Under the pieces are notes generated by a model, which had not been told where the DNA came from, searched no databases, and saw nothing but the letters and a program-made list of their open reading frames with translations. Below, piece after piece: positions 26,601-39,100 of a stretch of DNA of 64,000 nt (positions within the stretch are counted from its first letter, which is position 1; every line of letters begins with the position of its first letter). The DNA lies in assembly GCA_951406725.2 (NCBI GenBank), contig OX597815.1, positions 153,388,001-153,452,000 on the forward strand. The letters run 5' to 3'. Source of the DNA: Octopus vulgaris. Taxonomy: Eukaryota. The translations under genes and the position numbers were made by a program.

Positions 26601-27213
26601 GATAGCGGAATATTTTAATAGAGAATTTTAATATTTCCCGAAGTTAAATTTTAAAGCTATCTTAAAGCCTCAGAATTATCTAGAATATCTTACACAATTA
26701 TCAGGTTTATAACAAATAAAAAGAACATTTATTTTGGAAATGTCTAACAAAAACAAACAAAATGAATTTCATGAAATATGAAAATATTAAATAAAATCAT
26801 GAAATCAATACTGAAATGTAAGTGAAAAGTAAACTGCAGATTATGACCAAAGAATGAAAGACTTCTGGTATGGCATTGCTAATCTACAGTGTCAGCAAGC
26901 AGATAGGAGGGAAAGAAATTCAACAGAATCAATAGGTTTATGTATCAACTATAATATGTATATATATTTATCAACAGTGACATGGAAAATTGCTTATAAC
27001 AGGGAAGAGAAGGTTTATCATGAAATACAAATGAAACATTTGGATCATTCAGAATAGAAGTTTTCTTTGCCATTACTAGTCTGCTGCAAAATACTTTCCT
27101 TCCTCTTTTTTTCCTCAGCTTTGGCATCATTTAACTTCTTTTAGTCATCACATTGTTTTTTTTTTGTTGTTTTTTTTTTTTGTCTCTCCAGCTTCAGAGA
27201 AATGAGACCAGAG

Positions 27214-27219
27214 TTTATT
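27214..27219 (-). promoter_or_regulatory. Candidate proximal polyadenylation signal (AATAAA) of FAM219
   Basis: TTTATT on the plus strand, ~170 nt downstream of the stop. Other candidates lie near 26728 and 26151 in a TE-free AT-rich stretch that is probably 3' UTR. The hexamer is common in AT-rich DNA. Confidence 0.3.
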
Positions 27220-27386
27220 TTCATATTAATATATACAGAGTATTACAGAAAGAAAGAGGTAAACATATATATATATAACAATGGAGAACACTTTCGTTAA
27301 TGTTCTCACCTCCAATTAAATGCAAGAATCTTCCAGCACAAATCTTTTTTTGTTTCGTTTTTCTTTTTGGTTGATAAGTGTCCCAT

Positions 27387-27573
27387 TCATTGGAGTGCAC
27401 AGTTCGAATGCATATTGCAACACACACATCGTTCATTCATTGGACGTGGGGGAATAAGGTCAAGGTCTTCATCATCCGGTTCTAAGTCAAGGTTGAAACC
27501 ATCTTTGATAAGCTGCTCAGTGATTTCTTTGTGGGCAGTTTTTGAAAGATGGGATGTAAAATCATCTTCGCTG
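27387..27573 (-). CDS. FAM219A: FAM219-family protein, terminal coding exon (SEDDF...EQLIKDGFNLDLEPDDEDLDLIPPRPMNERCVCCNMHSNCALQ*)
   Basis: Lies within ORF 27387-27596. Acceptor is ttctatag|CAG and the TGA stop is at 27387-27389. Strong match to the FAM219 signature QLLKDGYRLDEIPDDEDLDLIPP and its Cys-rich CaaX-like end. Confidence 0.93.
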
Positions 27574-27960
27574 CTATAGAATAAAATATTAGACAAAATA
27601 ATTCAATATATCTGACACAGATTGCTAAAATAAAAAAGAAATACTTCAGTCCATTCAGAAAATTGCAAAGATTAAGAGATTGTATCAGACTATAAATTAG
27701 AAATTCATCACAAAAAAAAAAAAATTTAAATTGATAACACAATATTAAATTCTATTCAGAAATACTAGATTAAATTTCATTGAAATAAAAGAAGTTAAAA
27801 AATATAAAGGAACTACATTGCTTCAAATATTAACTAAATTTGCATAATAACTATTTTAAATATCACAAACCTGGCACCACATCTGCAAATATTATTCAAT
27901 TGCCATTAACATCAGAAAATTGGTGTGTTATAGAAGGTAATATCAATGTAGATAGAGCAT

Positions 27961-28007
<47 letters not shown>

Positions 28008-28869
28008 CAAAGATATTGAAATGTTACCTTAGAAATGTATAAATTGTCCTGATATTTCAAGTTAAAATTTTAATGAGATAAATTACATGCCCAGTTTGTT
28101 GGTGTCAGATCCTAATAAAATTACAGTGTTTTTAAAAGGTGCAGATATTTGATGTTTCAACTGTGTTCCATGATCTACATTTTGTTGTGGGTTGTGTGAG
28201 CAAGGGAAAAGTAGGTCAAGAACTGTGAATCATTGTATTTACAGCATCTACTGGCATTCATTCAGTTTGAGCTGATTGCTGACTGGGTTTGCAATTTTCT
28301 TTTCTTTTTTTTTTAATTAGAATAGCTTTTTAGTAATTGATATTGTGATCTATAGCTTTAATGGTAGTAGTTGACATATATATACATTTTTTTTTGGTGT
28401 CCTTGTTTTAAATGTTTTTGCATTTGTCAAGATGGATTTTAAAAAGATTAGAGTGCATGCATTGAGATACTCTTTGATTAGAAAGTGTAGTGGCCGAATA
28501 GTACTGCCAATGTACAACTGGCACACATGATCTCATATGTAGGCATATGACAGTTAGCAAGCCAGCATAGGATTATGTTATGAGTGAAGTGGTAGTGGTG
28601 GTCGTGGGGAGTCTTCAACAGATATTTCCACAGGGAAATATCCTGAGAAGGCTAGCCATATATTTAGCTCTCTCTCCTGTGGAAAGCTTTGCAGATGGCA
28701 GTGTTTATATTCTGACTAAAGTGCAGTAGCTTCAAGAAACAAGTGTTAGAAGAAAGATTTCATTTTTAGGTGGGGTTTGGGGCTTTGAAGATGACTGATA
28801 ACATGCTGAGTACCTGTTGGTTTTCAGTAACTTTTGGAATTGAGTAGTAGGAATGGTCCAATCTTCTGT

Positions 28870-29415
28870 TTAACTTTTATCTGTTTTAGTCAAACGAATC
28901 GACTCTAGTATTTTTTTTAAGCCGGTACTTATACTAGCAATCTCTAATGCTGAAATGCTAAGTTATGAATTTCTTTATTTGCGAGGCGAGGATGTAAATA
29001 CACCAACACCAGTTGTCGAGGAATGGGGGGGGAGACAAAGACACACACACACTCGATGGGCTTCTTTCAGTTTTCATCTACCAAATCCACTCACAAGGTT
29101 GGCCCAAAGCTATAGAAGACATTTGTCCAAAGTGCCACACTGTGGGACTGAACCCAGAACCAAGTGGTTGGGAAGCAAACTTCTTATTTCTTTACTGCCC
29201 ACAAGGGCAGTATAGAGGGGACAAACAAGGACAGACAAAAACGGATTAAGTCGATTACATCAACCCCAGTGCATAACTGGGACTTAATTTATCAATCCCG
29301 AAGGGATGAAAGGCAAAGTCAACCACGGCGGAATTTGAACTCAGAGCGTAACAGCAGACGAAATACCAATAAGCATTTTGCCCAGCGTGCTAACATTTCT
29401 TACCACACAGCCTCA
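28870..29415 (-). mobile_element. Antisense SINE A with a SINE B (~29186-29400) nested in its head
   Basis: Family-A sequence ...GGAAGCAAACTTCT is interrupted by family B and resumes at TACCACACAGCC. Confidence 0.75.
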
Positions 29416-32400
29416 CCATGATACTGTAAATGCTTAATAAATACATACTCTACAAAAAAGTACCGAGTAATTTCTCAGTTCAATGTCAAATTGTCTTTCA
29501 TATATAACTTAACATAAACAATATTAATTATTTGTTTAGATATACAACAATGCATGTAGCAAGATTTGAACTTGTTGTCTTGCAGTGGATTACATCAAGT
29601 ATCTAAACTACTTTCTCTCTGTAATTACAAGAAATTTATATATTTGAAAATTCTGACTACTGCACATTTAGTCTATAGCTCCTTGAAATTTGTAGCAATC
29701 ATACACACACAGGTATTTAGTAGCATAAATTTTGTAGGTAAATAGCTTGAATAGATTAAGGAAGTGTTCATGGAAGGATCTGAACTCATGATCATCACTT
29801 AATCCACATGATCACAAAGTCTACACTTTTCTCATATATATTCTATACTAACACTTGGTTCAAAACTATTTACTACCTTTCCCCTTTTAAATTACTTTAT
29901 GCTCTTCAATACTCATGGCCAGCTTAATTTACCAACAAGAATTAATGTTCATATTAAAAATTCAGTATTGCAAATTTTCCTATACATTTCATATGCAAAT
30001 CAAAACATTTAAAATCTTTGAAAAACCAAAACAAAAGTAAGAAAGCTGAAACAAAGTATTTTATTGAATGTTATAATCAGCTGAACCAAACAAGGCAAAG
30101 CTTTATTATTCTATAAGAATGATAATGCTTTGCTTTGATGCAACTAAACCAAGAATTTTTAATTAATAGAATGAAATTGATTAAGAGCAGTGAGTTGATG
30201 TGAAGGATGTTAAATTAATAAATTAAGCCATGCAATGTCAAAGTAAATGAAATAGGAAATAATGATGTTCAGTGAACTATAACTAGAAAACATAGCAATG
30301 GTATGTGCACAAGATAGCCGAGTGAATATGTTGTGAGGAAGAAGAAAAACTACTAAGCAAGTCAAAATAGAAAGCAAATAGTATAGCATGTTATTGTAGA
30401 AGATGCATAAAAATGAAAAAGTGCATGAATAGAGAAATAAGTTTGTTGTTGTTGATTTTGTTTGCAAGTAGTCCTGGTCAGCTGTGCTTAAGCAGACCTA
30501 CAACATAGAGATAGCCAATATTTAGGGGTAACACACAGGTCTAGCATCCAATACATATGTTCTACTTATGGACATATGAGGGTAACACTGTGATGTAAGT
30601 ATTTATGTGTTGCTGGATGTAACAGAAGAAAGATACTAATCTCCAGTTTTGTTGAAAACTGTTTCAATTCCAAAAGTTAGAGATCTTAGCACCTTTCTTT
30701 CAGCAATATATTTCTTGAGACTATATCATGAAATTTTCTTTGACTCAAAAGCTGAATTAGAGTGGAGAAAATGTAGTTACACACACACATGGTAAATAGA
30801 CAAAAAACTAGCAAACCTGTCGTGTGTGTGTGTGTTCGCGCGTTATCATGCATCTGCATGTGTGCGTGCATTACATTTCTCGTTATGACCTCAGCTTCTT
30901 GAAATTTGTAGCTCTGTACATTTGAAGACATGTGGAATAAAACATCCCTTACTTGAAAAACAAGTAGGGGTCAGAAGAGTGTCCAGCCATAGAATCTTGC
31001 CTTAAATCACCATCTAACCTATACTTGAAGGAAAAGTTATGTCATAAGAATTTATAAACTTTGAGAATGTGAAATAATTCTTTTTTGGAATGGTGAAACT
31101 TGAAACAGATAATGCTACAAATAATAGCATGTATAGATCTGGAAAGGAAAAGATTTTTAACCCAATAACACACTTATTTATAGCTTTAGCTGTTTTGAGT
31201 TTCACTGCCCTCAAAAATGAATGGTGTGTGTCTGTGTGTTCTACTACATGTTCACTTTTCCAAGGTTATATCTAGGCCAACGAATGGTGTGAGGGATAAC
31301 TGTTGAAAAGTCTATGAATCTTGTTCATTCACCAGCACTCTTGTGCATTATTAACAATAACCCAAAGAATTTTCCTACAAATAGGTGCCGAAAAGGATTC
31401 AGCAGACAAAGACCCGTTAGATTATCTTTTAAGCATATAACACACTAAAGAGTGAGCTGGAAAGGCAACATATTTAACAGGTAGGACAGGAGCAGCTGGA
31501 CAGCTAGAGTTATCGACTGAAGTTCACCGTTAAGGTGCAATTCTGCACTAAGAAGAAGTTTGGAAGGTTACAATTGTAAACTAAAATTAAATCGTATCAA
31601 GACTGACAAAACAAGGTACCATTAGTATAAGAGGACAAAGGTGTTGAGAAATCACTATGCAACAAGTTGCTCAGTTACAGCTGATAGGAGCTACTCGACT
31701 AATTAACTATCATAATGATTCAAGTGCAATGATAAAGTTTTGTAGTGATGATGATGATGATAAAAATGATGATGAATGTCACACTGAGTCCAACAAAACT
31801 AATTGGCTGAATAATGAAATACCAAAAGTATAGTAGAAGTTTTACTATATATAGAAGAATTCATAAGCTGGAAGTCAGGAGTGGGGTATGTAGGAGGTAA
31901 ACGTAAAGACAGGAAGTAGTTCACGTAGTCTTTTGCCGGTTTTATCAATTGAAAAGTGTGTTGATTAAAGATTTTATTGTATTTCTTCAATTTAGAAAAA
32001 TTGCCTATTTAAAGCAGCAGAAAATTTAGCCGGAAGGGATTTATTCTCGAAGTTGTTTACATAAGTAGTACATAGTATATTCCCTTTCAAAAAAAGGTTG
32101 TTCCTATTTTTGACACCTGTCCTAGTATTGCTTAGGCTATTAGTTTTGCACTTTCTATATCACGTCTGTCACTATTACTTATGCTACCAACCCAGTGCAG
32201 TATGCAATTATTTCTGCTATTGCTATTCTGGGGTCTGCCCGTTAATTTCCCTTTATGCCTATGGGGGCATTTTCCAGTTATTATTACCATTCTCTGTGTT
32301 TGTAACTTCTAGGTTCTGGGTTCCATACATACTTGCATGCTTCTTTCTTTGGTTCATGGGGTTAAATAGTAACCTATTCCCACAACCTACTTCTGCTAGA

Positions 32401-32682
32401 GCATTATCATAACAGTTTTCCTTTTTCTAAAGCTCCCCTTATTCGCTGAAAGTCTAGATATGCATGCAGCTAAACATATATACACTTAATCCGCTTCAAG
32501 TGGATGGACCTTGAATAAAGTTGCTTGAACTAGTACCCAGTCAAATGCATTTGTGAGATGTCTATGCAGCAGAAATGTAAGTCAGACACATTTAAATCAA
32601 ATATGCTGTACAATTGTACTAATCTCCATGTTCATTGTAATTGTCTTGGATATACACTCAGTAAAATAGTTATAATCCAGTG

Positions 32683-32803
32683 AAGGGGTAAGGGTAAAGA
32701 CCCCCTTCGGTCATGAATGACCATGGGATTGCACCTAGAAAGTTATCCTCCTAGACACAAGTCCGGGCAAGGTTGTTTATGGAAGGCCAGCAGTCGCCCA
32801 TGC
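32683..32803 (-). mobile_element. 3' end of another non-LTR retroposon with a (TTACCC)-like tail
   Basis: Minus strand ends ...GGTCATTCATGACC (hairpin) GAAGGGGGTCTTTACCCTTACCCCTT. Family not assigned. Confidence 0.5.
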
Positions 32804-33283
32804 GAAGGAACCCCAGGATTTATCCATCGGATGAAATATATTGGGATTGCTAACCTTAAGTAATCCTAGGTGTTCTTTACAACTTGAGGAGATTAACCAT
32901 AAGCTAGATTATAACAGTGCTCATACAGTACCCACCTGGATACTATATCCTTATCTATTCCTATACCTGTATTTCAAAGGGTCAGTCTTATCGCATTGTG
33001 TCATGCTGGATCTCCCTGAGAACTACATTTAGGGTACAAGTGTTTGTGGAGTGCTCAGCCACTTGCACATTAATTTCGCGAGCAGACTGTTCTGTTGATT
33101 GGACCAACTGGAACCCCTGTCATCATAACTGATTTATATATATAAATGTAAGATTTGGGGATCGAGGTGGAAGAAAGTTAGCTTTAAGTTATCCGTAACA
33201 AAATATAAAAAACAACTTTCAGGGACCATAGTGGTTTAGTGAGATGGAAGTTTGTGGATCTGGATATTTTTCATATCGAAATA

Positions 33284-33684
33284 TAAGCTGAAAAAAGTCC
33301 TTTTTATATTTCATGGTAAGCAACCAGAGTTGCCAGGTGTTCAAAAAGGAATACAAGAGTTACGGAATGGAGTAGATAAGATCCAGGCTACATATGTTTC
33401 AGAGTGAGCAGAACCTCGGAACCAGTAAATATCCAAGTGAAGTGTATACACACATCTGACTGAACTTTCCAGGCGCCAACATGTACCTCCTTGCGACAAT
33501 GTAACACTTCATTTAATCAAGATATCCTCAACTTGGATATTTAGCACTTCTGAAGTTCTGCTTGCAATGAAACATATGTAGCCCTAATCTTACCTACTCT
33601 GTTCCGTAACTCTTGTATTCTTTTGCATACACCCAGCAACCCTGGTCATCTACCAAGAAATATAAAAAGAACTTTTTTCACCTA
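33284..33684. mobile_element. Foldback/MITE-like element with ~165-bp imperfect inverted arms
   Basis: 33284-33448 is approximately the reverse complement of 33521-33684 (e.g. GAATACAAGAGTTACGGAA / TTCCGTAACTCTTGTATTC). Rearranged pieces of the same element recur at ~34938-35125. Confidence 0.8.
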
Positions 33685-33688
33685 CCTT

Positions 33689-33723
<35 letters not shown>

Positions 33724-34245
33724 TAGAAACTCTGCCAGATCAAACTGGAGCCTGGTGCAGCCTCCTGGCTTCCCAGACCTCTGTTGAACCGTCCAACCCA
33801 TGCTAGCATGGAAAGCGGACGCTAAACGATGATGATGATCATCATCATCATCGTTTAACGTCTGTTTTCCATGCTAGCATGGGTTGGACAGTTCAACCAG
33901 GGTCTGGGAAGCCAGGAGGCTGCACCAGGCTCCAGTCTGATCTGGCAGTGTTTCGACAGCTGGATGCCCTTCCTAATGCCAACCACTCCGTGAGTGTAGT
34001 GGGTGCTTTTTACGTGCCACCGACACAGGTATCACAACTACAATTTCCATTTGACTTTTACTTTGATATAAATAAAAATCAAATGGAATGGTTGGAGTTA
34101 GGAAGGGCATCCAGCTATAGAAACTCTGCCAGATCAGACTGGAGTCTGGTGCAGCCATTTGGTTCGCCAGACCTCAGTCAAATCGTTCGACCCATGCTAG
34201 CATGGAAAGCGGACGTTAAACGATGATGATGAGGAGGATGATGAT
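33724..34245. mobile_element. Cluster of three family-C (RTE 3' end) fragments: plus 33724-33838, minus ~33839-34030, plus ~34085-34245
   Basis: Repeated GAAACTCTGCCAGATC...CCATGCTAGCATGG...(GAT)n in alternating orientation, flanked by TA runs. Confidence 0.85.
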
Positions 34246-35599
34246 ATATATAATATGCCAATATGACATGTGTAATAAACTTGGTTGTAGAATGTGTATA
34301 ATAAAGGGAAAGGAATTGTGATTCAAGACTTACATTTTGTTTAATGTTTTACTTTTGTATTTGGCATTGAAATTGATAAAACAATTTTAAAACTTCTCAG
34401 ATTTGAATTTGAAATCAGAAACAACACAAGTCTGTAATTTGAAATTTAAATAATCACAAAATTTCTTAATGTTATTGGATTGTAATTAAAGTTCCTAATA
34501 TGAATATTAAGATCCCGCAATTGAATTTCTGAAACCTCTAAATTTTGAAATTTGAAAATTCAAATTGGAAAACTGAAATTTACTTTTATTTTAATTCTTT
34601 CTCATTTGTAGTAACGGGGAAATCTAAAGGAAAGATTTTATTTAAATTTTAATTACAAAAACAATAACATAAACCAGACTGCATTTTCAACTGCATTGAA
34701 AAAGAGAGTATATTGGTAAAGACAAAAGTGCAAGTACGTGTTAAGTATAAATTGCCAGAAAATAAACTGAAGAAATAATAGAGTGAGCTAGGTAAATTTG
34801 ATTAGTAAATCTGTTTAGTGAGAAATAAAAATGGAAATGGACATGACCAAAATTAGGCCAAATGCTTAAAATTGATCAAGAAAATCTTTCTCACAAAATT
34901 ATGCAAGAGTGAATATATAAAACATATATATATATATTTGCTGTGGTATACACCTCACTTGGATATTTACCACTTCTGAAGTTCTGCTTGCTATGAAACA
35001 TATGTAGCCCCAATCTTTGCTGTGGTATAGATCTCACTTGGATATTTACCACTTCTGGTAGGTGAAAAAAGCTCTTTTTCTATTTCTTGGTAGGTAACCA
35101 GGGTTGCTGGGTGTATGTAGAAGCAAATATATAAAAGGAAACATGAAGCTCATCAATGAATGAATGAAGAGCTGACTTACACATCATGGCTTTGCTAACA
35201 GTGTAAATTGTTTCTAAACCAAATTTAGATCTCAACATAAGTTCATTGGGAGAAAGAAAAAAAAAAAAGAGGGGAAGCCAAATTTTCTGTGATCGTTAAA
35301 TATTAGAGATAAAACACCAAAACTACTTGCTGTAGACTCTGTGTGTGTATGTGTGTGTGTTCAGTATGTGAACCATTGGTAATAATAAAATTTAAACATA
35401 AATAACAGGAGCAAATGAATAAAATTTTGTGAGAATTTCATAGGTGGGGTGGTGATGGAATACTTTAAATAGTCTTTGATAAGTCTGAAGGGTTAGTAAG
35501 GAAATATTAAATTTGCAATGAATGACACAATTATAAAGAGGTTGATAGGTAGTAGGATGGAGAATATCTATCAGAAAGGGAACTGGAGAGGACAAGAGG

Positions 35600-35975
35600 T
35601 AATAAGAAGAAATAAGAAATCAGAAGGGCTAAAACTGGAGAATACTAGAGGAACGAGAAGAGAAGAGAGAGAAGATGATAAGTACAAAAGAGAGTTAGAT
35701 GAAAAGGAGAAAAGAGGTGAGTGAAATGATAGAGTGAACTTGATAGTGGACAGGAGAGAGAGAGAAAGAGAAAGGAGAAGGACAAAGATATGAAAGAAAG
35801 AGGAAAGAAGTTACAGAGAAATATGAGATGGAGGGGCAGAAGCAGAGGGAAGGAGGCACAGGGAGATAGTAAGGTAGAGATAGTGAGAGAGAGAGAGAGA
35901 GAGACAAAGAGAGAAAAGCAAGGATAGCAATCAAAGAGAAAGAAACAGAGAGAGAGGTAGAGAGAGAGAGAGCTG
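35600..35975. repeat. Purine-rich (GA) low-complexity tract
   Basis: Strongly G/A-biased on the plus strand; lies just 3' of the FAM219 donor at 36052. Confidence 0.85.
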
Positions 35976-36052
35976 ACATCTAACCAATAGCAGCAGCAGT
36001 ATTAGTATTAGTAGTAGTAGTAACAGTAACAGCAGCAGCAGTCAAAACTCAC

Positions 36053-36133
36053 CTGTCATCTGACATAATCGCAACTAAAGGCTGCTGGTCTTGGTTAAAT
36101 GGACCACTGCTGTCATTCTTGGAAACAGTTGAC
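36053..36133 (-). CDS. FAM219A: FAM219-family protein, internal exon (R-STVSKNDSSGPFNQDQQPLVAIMSDD-S)
   Basis: gttcag|GTCAACT...GATGACAG|gtgagt. 81 nt, symmetric phase 2-2. DQQPLVAIMSDDS resembles DEKPLVALDTDS of FAM219A. Confidence 0.9.
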
Positions 36134-39100
36134 CTGAACAGACAAACCACATTACAACACCAGAAATCTTGGAAACAACACTGTACATGTGCATGTGTGA
36201 ATGTCTTTCTCATTGTATGTGTATTTCAGAGTGTGTCGTTGAAAATGTGCATGCACACATACATGCCTTACACATACACACACACTAGCACACATATATA
36301 AATAAATAAATGGATGCATATGAGCCTAAATAAATGAAAGAGACGAAGAGTATTTAATAACACTCTAAGCAGGGTGATTTATAATTCATTGGAAGTTGAA
36401 TCTTCACAAACGAATACTCCATGTTTCTTGTGACTGATCTTTCAATGAACATTGAAAAATAAACAAAACCAAACAAACGACTCCTACCCAATGTATACAG
36501 TTTGCTGATACTATGTATAGTAAAAATATTATATATTTTTTTCTGTAGTATGAAAAATAAAAAGCACCTTGTATATACAGTAAAGTGGTTGGAGTTAGGA
36601 AGGGCATATAGCTATAGAAACCTTGCCAGAACAGATATTGGAGACCAGTAGAGCCTTCAGGCTTCTTGGATCCAGTTGAACCATCCAACTCATGCCAGCA
36701 TGGAATACAAAAGTTATATGATCAGAATTCCATCAATCAATGAGTGCATGCCATTTTATTTAAAATCTGTATGCATTTTAAAAATTGGAGCTTTTTCATC
36801 ATTACTCCGCATCGCATAACATTTTTTTCATTGGCCATGATGACTAAATTTAGACTGCCAATCCAAATCATATTTACAGAAAATTTATTTGGAATGGCCA
36901 TACAATAGAACTTTTTGATAAATTAGACTGCTGTTTTGCAATTGAATATATGACACATGAATAAGTTCAAGATATAAGTGAATCAAGGCACTTGTTAATG
37001 TTGGATATTGGTGATGACTTTGCAAAGACAGTCACAAAGAAATATCCATCAGAAAGAATATATTGTTTGACAAGTAAATTGTAAGCGAAGCGAAGCAACT
37101 GACATATTGTGTCATAACATATGAAGTACTAAAAAGTCCCCCACCTCACCCCGATCCCCACTATTTTTCAATAATCATCTAAAGGTCAGAAAGTAGAAAC
37201 TTGACATAATGGTATGTGAAGATTAAGATTCTTTATATATATATATATATATATACATACACACTGTGTATGTATAACATGCATTATGAAATAAAAAAGA
37301 AAGTCAGCAGCAACAAAACAATATACAAATAGTAATAATAATAATAATAATAATAATGATGATAATGAAAATAATAATAATTCTAAAATAGGTGCAAGAC
37401 CAAAAAAAAACTGGGAAGAAAAAACAGTTAATGTTAATAACAACAGTATATAACCAGTACTTATTTTATTGACTCCAGGAAGATGAAAGGCAAAAATAGA
37501 CCTTAGGAAAATTTAGTTGTTGATATTGTTTCTAAATTTGATATAAGACCCTACATGGGGGAGAGATTGAGAGTATAATTGACTGAATTAATACATTTGA
37601 TACAAATTTTATAAAACTCCAGAAGAATGACAGGTAAACTGACACTGGTGGGTGTGTAAAATTTAATAATTCTTTATATTAATAATTGATTCCAACATAC
37701 ACATAGGATTTGAAATTTAGGCAGAGGAGGTTAGTTGGTAAAATCAACAACAGTACATGAGCAGTACTTTATCAAACCGGAAGGGATGAAAGACAAAATT
37801 GTCCATGGCAGGATTTGAACTGAGAATGTAAAAAGGCAGAACAAACACCACAAGCTATTTTGTCCAATACTCCAACCATTCTGCCCATCTCAACAAGAAT
37901 AATATTGATTTCATTATAACAATTCTTAACACAGGCACAACTTATTTGCTAGCATAGACCTGAATTTTGGGGGTAGAGTTTAGCTGATTACATTAACACC
38001 AGTGATTGACTGGTACTTTATTTTATCAACTCTGAAAATAACGTTGACCTTGGTAGGATTTGAACTCTGACTGTAAAGATGAAAAACAATTATCTCAAAT
38101 TATGGCACAAGGCCAGCAATTTCAGGGGTGATGGGTACTCACTTTATCAACCTTGAAAGGATGAAAGTCAAAGTCAACCGCGATGGAATTTGAACTCAGA
38201 ACATGAAGACAGACGGAATGCTACTAAGCATTTTGCCGGGTGTGTTAATGATTCTGCCAGCTCAACACCTTATTTCTGATACAAATATCAATAATTAAGA
38301 ACTATTAGCACAAATTCTATAAGGAATTGAAAGAAAAATTCAATGTCCTTTTAATTACTGTTAATCAATAAATGATTATAGATTTATTTCTGATCTAAAA
38401 GATAAAATTTTAATGTTAAAAACACAGCAAAAATAGGAAACATTTTCTCCATATCCCTCATAGAAGTTGACAGATGGCTTCAGATTTACAGGAAAGAGAG
38501 AAAACTGTTGCTCTATTTTGATTGAAATACATTACCTTTGTTTCAGTTTTGAAAATACTGAAGAATTTATTAATAGATTATCGGGGTTAAGATGGTGCTG
38601 GAAAATACATCAACATGAAATGTTTTTGGAAGGTTTTAATTTAGACCACTTTAAAACAAAGGTTTTTTTTGTTTTGTTTTGTTTTTTTCAAAGAACCAAA
38701 GGTGATCTCAGGCAAGTTGGTAAAATGGGATTTATACATTAAGCTAATTGTAATGGCATTAAACTCATTTAAATTACATGAACTGCTCCCAATGAAGAAA
38801 CCAGCCTCCATCATAGATAAAGTCTCAAACTATTGCTACAAAAGCAGCAGATATTTTTCTTATGATTTTGTTCCCCAACTGCCACTATTTGGTTTTATGC
38901 TGAGCCCGCTTCATTTCCAAGCATTAAGAAAAAAAAACCTGGAAGATTATTTTTACCCTTTGAAACTTAATTTTAGTTAAATGAAACCAGGGCAGCAGTA
39001 ATTAACAGATGGGATTGCTAATTCTATGCTAATGCAACAGTATTAAAAATAATATCTGTGCAAACCTTAATATTATTTTGCTTACATTTTTGTAAAGAAT

